A stretch of DNA of 64,000 bases from a virus. Every line of letters begins with the position of its first letter. Positions within the stretch are counted from its first letter, which is position 1. The notes beneath the pieces were generated by a model. The model ran no database searches. It was not told where the DNA came from and saw nothing but the letters and a program-made list of their open reading frames with translations. Location: the IMG/VR virus record IMGVR_UViG_3300010033_000001, positions 1-64,000 of that record. The stretch is one strand, 5' to 3'. The translations under genes and the position numbers were made by a program. Positions 6,476-13,736 of this stretch are shown piece after piece.

Positions 6476-6553
6476 GGGGGAGTAGCTCAACCCGGATAGA
6501 GCGTCTGACTTAAAATCAGAAAGTTGCGGGATCGTACCCCGTCTCCTCCACCA
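6476..6553 (+). tRNA. class I tRNA with anticodon UAA (Leu by anticodon), 3' CCA encoded
   Basis: Acceptor GGGGGAG/CTCCTCC (one G-U), D arm GCTC-AACCCGGATA-GAGC, anticodon arm TCTGA-CTTAAAA-TCAGA (anticodon 6511-6513). 5-nt variable loop, T arm GCGGG-ATCGTAC-CCCGT, then A-CCA. Confidence 0.8.
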
Positions 6554-6623
6554 ATTTTATAAGGGCTTAATTGCCCTTTTTTCTTTTAAGGCATCATGAT
6601 GCCGTTGTTACAAACTTATCTAT

Positions 6624-6649
6624 AGTTGCCGAAAAAAGGCAACTTTTAT
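6624..6649 (+). terminator. Rho-independent terminator closing the tRNA array
   Basis: Perfect 7-bp stem AGTTGCC/GGCAACT with loop GAAAAAA, followed by TTTTAT. The stem reuses the GGCAAC core of the cassette inverted repeats. Confidence 0.65.
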
Positions 6650-6680
6650 CAAAATATTTTTAAGAGGTTAAAAATAAACC

Positions 6681-6706
6681 TTGTCCCACTTTGTATATAG
6701 TTGCCA
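6681..6706 (-). repeat. right 26-bp terminal inverted repeat
   Basis: TTGTCCCACTTTGTATATAGTTGCCA is the exact reverse complement of 1716..1741. Confidence 0.95.
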
Positions 6707-6735
6707 GTGCCTTATAACCACCGAGATAAAGGTAC

Positions 6736-6766
6736 AAAAAAAACCAGCCGATTCAGAATCGACTGG
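6736..6766 (-). terminator. Rho-independent terminator after the terminase operon
   Basis: 10-bp stem (9/10 paired) CCAGTCGATT/AATCGGCTGG followed on the minus strand by T8. Confidence 0.7.
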
Positions 6767-6846
6767 CCAATAAACACACACATTTTAAAAACGTTAGGAT
6801 AACCCAACACATGAAGATAAACATATTTTTAACAAGTACAAAATAA

Positions 6847-8526
6847 TTACCGCAAAATGTACGGCGCTATCGTTGATTGTCCAAGCTTGCGATTCTTACG
6901 CACCCAATTCCAATATACTGCTGCATCGAATATATTAGGTGACTTACCGCCCAAACGCTTTTTGATTTGATCCTTAGACTCGATTTTGATCATCTTGTCT
7001 GATATGCTGTACTTCACCAATGTACACTGCTTGACAAATTCCTGAAGCGTTCTAGGATCAGCGATATCGACAATGAAATCACGATGCATAAGATCCAGAC
7101 GGAATTGAAACATCATTTGCGCCCTGAGTGATGCAAAGGTGTATTTGGGGTTACCCTCGCGATCAACGGGTATACAGTCCATATCAGGACCACCTTGCAA
7201 ACCGATCACACTATAGTTCAATCTTGCAAATTCGTTAATGGTACCAACACCAACACCAACTGCATCGACTCCTACGGATTGATGATCAACACCCTGATGC
7301 TTTAACTTCCAAGTATGATAAATCGGAATACCGTGTTGCCTCAGGTGCTCATCATCATTCACCAGATTATCAGCCAGGGCATTTGCGTTTGGACATTGGA
7401 ATTCATTGATGCGAGTCATCACATTACGCTTACCCCACACCAAACAGGCCTTATCACCAGCCTCAGAGTTGGCCACGTCAACACCTAGTGCATTATTGCA
7501 ATCTACTATGTGCTTATTAGTGCCGTCATCGTTCAGTTCATTCTGATCGAGGATGTTATGATCATATTCCTTACGCTGAGTACAGCAAGCTACTATCCAT
7601 TCATGCATGATCAGCGAGTCACTGGATTGTGCCGGTGCAATACCTCGAGCTCGAGACTTAAAGAAGGGTGAATCTTCTCCATATTCCTCACGCCGTTCAT
7701 CAATCGACTGAATGGTAACAGCCCCGGGAATGATTTCTTTTTTGTTGACTACGTTAGGGTGATCATAGCCTGATATGATGATGTGGTGAGTATTAGGACG
7801 CTCACAAAACAGGTGTAATGCATCGGTTTGAGAATCAGGGTTACCAATGGCACATATGACATTGTTTTCACCTGTACAAGTGTTCACAATGGCTTTCACT
7901 ACTGCGGGTGATATCCCGGCAGTTTCTTCGAGTAAGAAAAGCATATTTTTGGCATGGTATCCCTGCATCTTTGTGGCTGACTCCTCATCGGCACCGACTC
8001 CGGAAACCACACCGATCATTTGGTGCGCGTCGTTACCTTCCTCATCCATGTGTTTGTTCAACCTCATACGTCCATCCGGAAGTATTCGTAAGCTGTACAG
8101 CTGGGCACGGTTGTTCATTTTCCTGAACTTTTTAAAGCCCTTGGCCACTTCTTTCCATAGAATAGTTTTGAGTTGTGTAAGCTTTGGAGCTGTGGCTATC
8201 ACTATTGAGTCCTCATATACATCCAAGAACCAATAGGCAAGGCGGGCCACCATGTAAGTCTTGCCGGTGCCCGTGGCTGACTCAATGCCAACGTTCTGTT
8301 TATTGGCTAAGGCCTTGCATGCTTCCAAGAATGGGTTCACTGTTCCATCCCATTGGTGATTTTCATATCCGCCATGTACTGTCCAGTCCAGTGAGCCGAT
8401 CGGTTCCTTAAACTTTTCTATCATCCACTTATCGGGATATCGCTGGTAATACTTTCTTTCAACTACTTTGTGTAATTGTTCCAGCATTTGCCGCCTTGTA
8501 ACGTGCGGATGATTTGTGACTGTCAT
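6847..8526 (-). CDS. terL: terminase large subunit
   Basis: Walker A GIESATGTGKTY, Walker B-like MLFLLEE, C-terminal nuclease-sized domain. ATGA overlap with the upstream small-terminase candidate. Confidence 0.8.
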   Translation of the reverse strand: MTVTNHPHVTRRQMLEQLHKVVERKYYQRYPDKWMIEKFKEPIGSLDWTVHGGYENHQWDGTVNPFLEACKALANKQNVGIESATGTGKTYMVARLAYWFLDVYEDSIVIATAPKLTQLKTILWKEVAKGFKKFRKMNNRAQLYSLRILPDGRMRLNKHMDEEGNDAHQMIGVVSGVGADEESATKMQGYHAKNMLFLLEETAGISPAVVKAIVNTCTGENNVICAIGNPDSQTDALHLFCERPNTHHIIISGYDHPNVVNKKEIIPGAVTIQSIDERREEYGEDSPFFKSRARGIAPAQSSDSLIMHEWIVACCTQRKEYDHNILDQNELNDDGTNKHIVDCNNALGVDVANSEAGDKACLVWGKRNVMTRINEFQCPNANALADNLVNDDEHLRQHGIPIYHTWKLKHQGVDHQSVGVDAVGVGVGTINEFARLNYSVIGLQGGPDMDCIPVDREGNPKYTFASLRAQMMFQFRLDLMHRDFIVDIADPRTLQEFVKQCTLVKYSISDKMIKIESKDQIKKRLGGKSPNIFDAAVYWNWVRKNRKLGQSTIAPYILR

Positions 8527-9353
8527 TCGTCTTTCATTAAGTCACCCAATTTATCAACATCAATGTCAACCAGGTTTTCCCCGGCTGCTGCCTGCATTTT
8601 CTTTATACTCTCAATGATTTCTTCCTCGGTCAGCTGGGCACCGCTGTCATCATCAATGATACTCCTGGGGTCAATGGTGCCATACATAAGGTACATCATT
8701 TTCATTTTTTCCCTGGTTGCCATCATGGCCCCTCTATAATCCTGTTTACTGACTAGCATAGTGAACAGCATTTCCATGCGCCTCTCATACATGGCAGCCT
8801 CTAGCTTAGGTTTCATCCTGTAGTTGTATACTATCTGTTCTTTGGCCTTACTGATAAGGTCGTCAACGATGCTGGTATTCTTAATGTCTACCGCAGACCA
8901 TAAATAGAATTCCGGTATGTCCAGCATTTCCGGGCTTTTCTTCAGCTGGTCTTGTATGGCTCGGATCTTCTCAATGATTTGTTCACGGGTGAGGGCCAGG
9001 ACCAGCCAGCCCATAACATGCTCAACCTGCTTTAAGAATTCCTTATCCTCTTTGGTTTGTGGACGCTCAACCGGTTTGATCGGTAGTATCCCCAAAGGCT
9101 TGATCGTGGGTCGCTCAACCTTTGGCAAATCAATCTTAAGTAGCTCTTTTTTGAATTTGCGGTCTTTCTTAACCTGTTGCCTGTAAATGTTGACCCATTT
9201 ATATTTTTTGACATATCTATCAAGCTGCCTTTTGGACACGTTGAACATAGGCGCCATAATCTCAAATATCTGATTATCAGTACCTCGCGGGCATTCTTCA
9301 TAGAATTTCTTGTGTACCCTTAATTCAATCGGTGTAATCGCACCTTCCGCCAT
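8523..9353 (-). CDS. putative terminase small subunit / DNA-binding packaging protein
   Basis: Immediately upstream of terL and overlapping it. Basic HTH-like N-terminus (NVSKRQLDRYVKKYKW). Call is by position only. Confidence 0.45.
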   Translation of the reverse strand: MAEGAITPIELRVHKKFYEECPRGTDNQIFEIMAPMFNVSKRQLDRYVKKYKWVNIYRQQVKKDRKFKKELLKIDLPKVERPTIKPLGILPIKPVERPQTKEDKEFLKQVEHVMGWLVLALTREQIIEKIRAIQDQLKKSPEMLDIPEFYLWSAVDIKNTSIVDDLISKAKEQIVYNYRMKPKLEAAMYERRMEMLFTMLVSKQDYRGAMMATREKMKMMYLMYGTIDPRSIIDDDSGAQLTEEEIIESIKKMQAAAGENLVDIDVDKLGDLMKDE

Positions 9354-9534
9354 AAATCAACTATATGTCGAAAAATAGTAAAAAACTTGACACATTCTTT
9401 TGTTACATGTCAAAGATCGGCTGCACCCAATTTGTAACAAGTGCGTTTATGAGGCGCAAACATCATATTTATCGAAGATTTTTCATTTTTTGCCGCGTGT
9501 CAAACTTTCGTTATCGGGTTGAGGGACCCAGGCA

Positions 9535-9744
9535 TTATTTCTCAATTGTTGGGTTCTTCAATTGATCAAGATATCGGTTCTTTTTGGCAATCTTACGGTT
9601 TAATGCTTCGATCTTGATTTGTGTTTGTACCAAATCACCTTTTAGGCTTCTTAACTGACGACCGTAATGTCCAAGATCGTTTGTGCACAGTAAGATTTTT
9701 TCGTTGATCTCCTCTTGGGTTAATTGCTTTTTATCTCTTTGCAT
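9535..9744 (-). CDS. small coiled-coil protein
   Basis: 69-aa ORF, heptad-like. Confidence 0.4.
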   Translation of the reverse strand: MQRDKKQLTQEEINEKILLCTNDLGHYGRQLRSLKGDLVQTQIKIEALNRKIAKKNRYLDQLKNPTIEK

Positions 9745-9996
9745 AACGGTTTTTTTTAAGCCCGTCTTTCCAGGCTGTCAGTCTTTGAACACCTTAAGCC
9801 ATACAATGGGCAGACTCTAAGTCTGCGAGAGGAAGCCATAATCAGATGTCCCAATGCCTAAGATGAACCCGACAAGGTTCGCCTCATTTTATCCTCTCAA
9901 ATAGTTCTTTTCAACCAATGCTTTAGGCTACTCGCTCACGGTCGTATCTGTGAAATCCGAATAGTTCAGGTGTGGGCTTTCACCTAAAGCTGATTG

Positions 9997-10078
9997 TGGC
10001 GATGGCAGGAATCGAACCTACAACCTTACGGACTCCGCAAGTGCATGAGCGGGGCTAACCAATATCCCCATCATCGCT
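9997..10078 (-). ncRNA. tRNA-like element with canonical acceptor, D and T arms but no anticodon loop
   Basis: The minus strand reads AGCGATG-AT-GGGG-ATATTGGTTAG-CCCC ... GTAGG-TTCGATT-CCTGC-CATCGCC-A. The anticodon position is a closed hairpin CTC(A)TGC-ACTT-GCGGAG followed by CC-GTAA-GG. Confidence 0.45.
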
Positions 10079-10092
10079 TCTTTAAATAAGTT

Positions 10093-10322
10093 AGGAAATA
10101 AACAGGATTCGATACCTGTAACCGTTCATGACCGGATATTTCGTCTTCTACTAGAATTACCTATCCGTTACATGGCGCTCTGTACAAAGCACCAATGTTC
10201 ACTATAGACCCTCCTGCCCTCGCAGGTGTGCAGTATTACACCAAATCACCAACTAATATGCGTTACTTATCACAAGCTGCATGGGTTAGTCCCCACCGCT
10301 ACGCGCTTCCGCCACTATTCCC
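10093..10322 (-). ncRNA. candidate ~230-nt structured RNA closed by a tRNA-type acceptor stem with G3-U70
   Basis: 5' GGGAATA pairs 7/7 with 3' TATTTCC (G3-U70 wobble). Leu-like D-arm string GTGGCGGAA at the 5' end and a T-arm-like ACAGG-TATCGAAT-CCTGT at the 3' end. Internal hairpins GGTGT/ACACC, CCTGC-GAGG-GCAGG and GGTGCT-(T)TGTACA(G)-AGCGCC (6 bp; 7 bp if the adjacent T-G wobble is counted). Confidence 0.3.
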
Positions 10323-10381
10323 TATTGATTAAGTCAATTTTCCAGGTCACGTCTTGATCCTGGTCAGTAGCCAAAGACAGG

Positions 10382-11176
10382 TTACCCTAATCCTTGGCTA
10401 TTTTCGGTTTTTAATTCTCGCATGCTTAACTGTTTAGGTTCCTGTTTCTTTACCTGTGCAGGGTTGAATAACTGACCCTGTTTGATATGGTTCTTTAACC
10501 TTTCGACCCCTGCTTTATAGTAGTCTTCATCAATCTCCCATAGGTCCAGATCAAAGCCTAAATCATAACATGCTATTGCTATGCTCATAGAGCCTCCATG
10601 AGTGTCTAGAATCCTATCCCCAGGTTTGGCATAGTTCTGTAATAGCCACTTGTAAAGGGCTACAGGTTTTTGTGTGGGATGAATGCGCTTATCAATACCA
10701 GTGTTATCCCAATTAATTTTTCCCCCTTGCTTGTTACCGCTCCATTTATATCTAAAAACTGTGATTCTTTTTTGAAGTGAGCAGCTCGCTAAGTCACCAT
10801 GAGAGAAGTTAATTTTGGTTCCTTAAAAATCAGTTTCCTTGTCATGAAATATTCTACCTTTGGATGTGATATAACTCGCATAGTAATTACAACCCCAGAT
10901 GATTTGGTTTTCAGTCACTAAATGAAGTGATTTAAAATAGTTCTCTTTAGGAATAGAGTCATTCCAATCCTTGTTTTTATGTATTGATGGGTACTTTTTA
11001 CCGTTAGCTTGAGGAAAGTTTTTACCCGCGGCACCACTTCCATTAATCATATCAAGACCAATTCCATACGGAGGATCCACAATGGCCAAATGGTAGGACT
11101 TCTCTTTCATGGATTTCATAGCTTTCATACAATCCCCATGATACAGGTTAATATTTGGTGTCTTGCTTACGTTCAT
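10382..11176 (-). pseudogene. DNA methyltransferase (N6_N4 type, DPPY...HPTQKP...GGS) interrupted by an in-frame TAA at 10823-10825
   Basis: ORFs 10823..11176 and 10382..10588 share one frame. Hand translation across the gap is continuous: ...HDKETDF*GTKINFSHGDLASCSLQKRITVFRYKWSGNKQGGKINWDNTGIDKRIHPTQKPVALYKWLLQNYAKPGDRILDTHGGSMS... Confidence 0.75.
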
Positions 11177-11182
11177 AGACTC

Positions 11183-11857
11183 TCAGTTTTCTAGATCAAA
11201 ATGATCAACAATATACATCAAACAATCCTCAGTTGACTTGAATCCGGTTTTCTGTTTGACTGCATTGATAAGGTTGTATAACCGCTTTCGGTTTTCCTCA
11301 CGCATTGGCAGGTCAAAGTGCACATGCCCATGGTCAGTGATTACTCCTGATCCTGATTCAAAGGGTTTGACATCCTTTACAGCGACATCAATCGTATCAG
11401 CTGCGTTAGTGATATCAGCTGCAATACGATCGATGTTCACACCTTCATATGACAGTGTGCTTTTAAGCCAATCGTTATCGATTCCCTTGACGAACTTGAT
11501 CATGTTGTCACGATCGATTTTACCATACTGTGAGGTGATCACCAGCAAACGCTGTTTAGCTTCTTTTCGGCTTTTGGCCAGGATTTCAATGTATGGTATT
11601 TCGAAGGGCTCGACCTCATGCTTAGTAAGGGTTATGATACGTTGGTGGCCATCGATGCAATGGGCGACTTTGCTTTTGTCAAACCATACGATAATGGGTA
11701 CAAAGAAACCGTTGTTTTCGATTGAGTTGAGCAGCTTATTTTCATCCTTTTGTGATAATGTCTTCAGATCACCCTGCAGTAACTGAACCGATCTGTAATC
11801 AATACACGGCAGGTCATTAGGGTTAATAATTTTCATGTTTGGTTTTTTTAACAACAT
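11183..11857 (-). CDS. ParB-like nuclease-domain protein
   Basis: The N-terminal ParB/Srx-type motif ...VPIIVWFDKSKVAHCIDGHQRI; adjacent to a methyltransferase, as is common in phages. Confidence 0.55.
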   Translation of the reverse strand: MLLKKPNMKIINPNDLPCIDYRSVQLLQGDLKTLSQKDENKLLNSIENNGFFVPIIVWFDKSKVAHCIDGHQRIITLTKHEVEPFEIPYIEILAKSRKEAKQRLLVITSQYGKIDRDNMIKFVKGIDNDWLKSTLSYEGVNIDRIAADITNAADTIDVAVKDVKPFESGSGVITDHGHVHFDLPMREENRKRLYNLINAVKQKTGFKSTEDCLMYIVDHFDLEN

Positions 11858-11939
11858 AAAAAAAGCCGATTAAAAAACCAGCTTTTCAGTGACAACTTTA
11901 GCTTTTCATTACGACATGAAAGCATGTCACAAATGTAAC

Positions 11940-11970
11940 GAAAAAATTGTGTATGGCAATCACAATTTTG
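11940..11970 (-). promoter_or_regulatory. promoter box (TACATTTG -7 element, weak -33 ATTG)
   Basis: The minus strand has TACATTTG at 11947-11940, lying 83 nt upstream of the ATG at 11857 and just downstream of two terminators. Confidence 0.45.
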
Positions 11971-11988
11971 CAGTATATAAAAAAAGCG

Positions 11989-12011
11989 ACCTGATGGCCG
12001 CTTATGACTCC
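11989..12011 (-). terminator. Rho-independent terminator
   Basis: GCGGCC-ATCA-GGTCGC followed on the minus strand by T7. Confidence 0.65.
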
Positions 12012-12058
12012 CAATTAAGCAAACTATAGATATTACACTATACTGTTTTAAAGGTAAT

Positions 12059-12085
12059 AAAAAAAAGCGCCCGAGTCAAGGACGC
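12059..12085 (-). terminator. Rho-independent terminator (tandem with 11989..12011)
   Basis: GC-rich imperfect hairpin followed on the minus strand by T8. Confidence 0.5.
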
Positions 12086-12246
12086 TTATTTACTAAACAT
12101 ACCTATGGAAATATGACATCTCAATAGTTAGGTTTAGAACACATTGTATTACCTTAAAAATTCAGCACCGTCTGCGCTGCCTCAACCTATCTAGTAATTC
12201 TGCTAGCCTGTTCAAGGGTTAACATTTTAAACTTAATCAAAAAACG

Positions 12247-12819
12247 TCAGTCGACAAAATATATTTTACTGGGTGTCAATAATTTCAGTGGCGCCTTCCC
12301 CTCATCATTAAATATGAGTTCATCATTTTCCCGGGGCTTGTTGGCAAGTGGCCTTGCAATGGCGATCATGTAACCCGGTATTGTGACGTAATCGCTTCCT
12401 GACCCTAAGTACAGGTTAAAGTCACGATCACCATGGCCATAATATCCGATTTCTTTTTGCTTATCCATGTTGTTAAACCCATAGAAAGCACTGTACTGTT
12501 TGCCATCGGGTGCGGTCACAGGCTCGATTGTTTCGATGTATACATTGGTGAGGCTCTGCAATTGCAAGAATATGTAAAACTTATTGACCTGGGGTATATT
12601 TTTGGTTTCAATGCCATTGTATTGGAACTGACCGGTACGGCGATAGAGCCATGACTGTTCGAGGGCTGTAAACTCAGCACACTTGATTTTAGCGATGTCA
12701 TGGCTTTTATACCTGGCGAAGGTGGGAACGTACCACCCGTAGCGAGAAAGTCTGTATAGGCGGTACCAGCGGTCGTGATGTGGCCCTTTTGGCTTGACTA
12801 TGAATAACGGCTTATGCAT
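12247..12819 (-). CDS. hypothetical protein
   Basis: ORF 12247..12906. The Met at 12819 (MHKPLF...) gives an ATGCATAA overlap with the upstream stop. Confidence 0.5.
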   Translation of the reverse strand: MHKPLFIVKPKGPHHDRWYRLYRLSRYGWYVPTFARYKSHDIAKIKCAEFTALEQSWLYRRTGQFQYNGIETKNIPQVNKFYIFLQLQSLTNVYIETIEPVTAPDGKQYSAFYGFNNMDKQKEIGYYGHGDRDFNLYLGSGSDYVTIPGYMIAIARPLANKPRENDELIFNDEGKAPLKLLTPSKIYFVD

Positions 12820-13099
12820 CGTCCAATTTTTCCAACAAAACCGGAGCACCCTTGTGATACACCTTTTTGAAATCAGCCAAGCCATTGGGGTAACTTTGAG
12901 TGGCATTTCTTATCAAATGTTCTGCATAAGGTTCAGGTACTAAACCTTCAGCGGGATGGATATAATAATTATACTCGATTGCATGGGCTTCAATATTATT
13001 GATTTGCCAATCATGACTATCACTCCACAATATAACTTTCTTTTCAAGCTGCTCATCAGGCAGCTGATTGCAAAATTCCTTTAGTTCTTTCCAATTCAT
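12812..13099 (-). CDS. hypothetical protein
   Basis: 95-aa ORF in the gene train. Confidence 0.5.
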   Translation of the reverse strand: MNWKELKEFCNQLPDEQLEKKVILWSDSHDWQINNIEAHAIEYNYYIHPAEGLVPEPYAEHLIRNATQSYPNGLADFKKVYHKGAPVLLEKLDDA

Positions 13100-13103
13100 G
13101 TTT

Positions 13104-13454
13104 CTAAATTTTTCGGTTAGGCACTTGGACTATGTGGGCATATTTGAAATTGGTTTCAGGGGGCCCATATTTTTTGATGACCTCAACAAGATCCTCGTCA
13201 TTGAAATGCACCACAGCCTTAGACAACTCAACTGCATCTACTTCGACCATTGCATAATAACTTGGTAATGTCGATTCAAGCCTCATCATCAGTTTAAACC
13301 CATCTTTAGCCAGGTCACTGACCTTTACTATTTCTGTCGTCAGTTTATCAGCTGTGCCGCATATCGCGGGTAATTCAATCGGGTTCATCTTTGGTCCGAG
13401 TTTAACTCGCTTAGCATCTTTAGGTACAACCTTTAGGCTTTTTTTATCGGTCAT
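13104..13454 (-). CDS. hypothetical protein
   Basis: 116-aa ORF in the gene train. Confidence 0.5.
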   Translation of the reverse strand: MTDKKSLKVVPKDAKRVKLGPKMNPIELPAICGTADKLTTEIVKVSDLAKDGFKLMMRLESTLPSYYAMVEVDAVELSKAVVHFNDEDLVEVIKKYGPPETNFKYAHIVQVPNRKI

Positions 13455-13468
13455 TGATTATTGTGGTT

Positions 13469-13726
13469 TTAGGGTTTTCTTGAGTTTTTCACCAATTCGC
13501 CAATCTCTTCCATGATATCGTTTTTGGCTACTGAATAACCCATTTGATACCCTTTTCTGGATGCCTCGTCAACGATTTCATTGAACTTCTTAAGATTCTC
13601 ATTTAAGCCTTTTTTATATGCGACATTGGTTTCTTCGGCAATCCATTGACACAAAGAAAAGCCTTCTCTGACCATAGCTTGATTCATTAGATCCTGTACT
13701 TCTTTTTCATTAGTATAATTTTCCAT
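13469..13726 (-). CDS. hypothetical protein
   Basis: 85-aa ORF in the gene train. Confidence 0.45.
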   Translation of the reverse strand: MENYTNEKEVQDLMNQAMVREGFSLCQWIAEETNVAYKKGLNENLKKFNEIVDEASRKGYQMGYSVAKNDIMEEIGELVKNSRKP

Positions 13727-13736
13727 AATGTTGTTT

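Larger units (their letters stand above)
1716..6706. mobile_element. 4,991-bp cassette bounded by perfect 26-bp inverted repeats; candidate IS1595-family transposon with passenger genes
   Basis: Perfect TG...CA-ended inverted repeats. An internal DDE (IS1595/ISXO2-like) transposase is translationally coupled to cargo genes. The cassette holds the only block of plus-strand genes and sits between the terminase terminator and the next operon. No target-site duplication is seen. Confidence 0.5.

Noticed and set aside
10093-10322. Standard one-piece tmRNA
   Set aside because: Only ~230 nt long, with an 8-nt T loop, a T discriminator and no CCA. The only short frames (AACDK*, AHLRGQEGL*) do not resemble degradation tags. 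It is kept as an open structural finding, not called as tmRNA.
10823-10825. Genome-wide reassignment of TAA as a sense codon
   Set aside because: TAA terminates many well-bounded genes here, including this methyltransferase at 10382-10384. None of the tRNA-like genes has a UUA anticodon.
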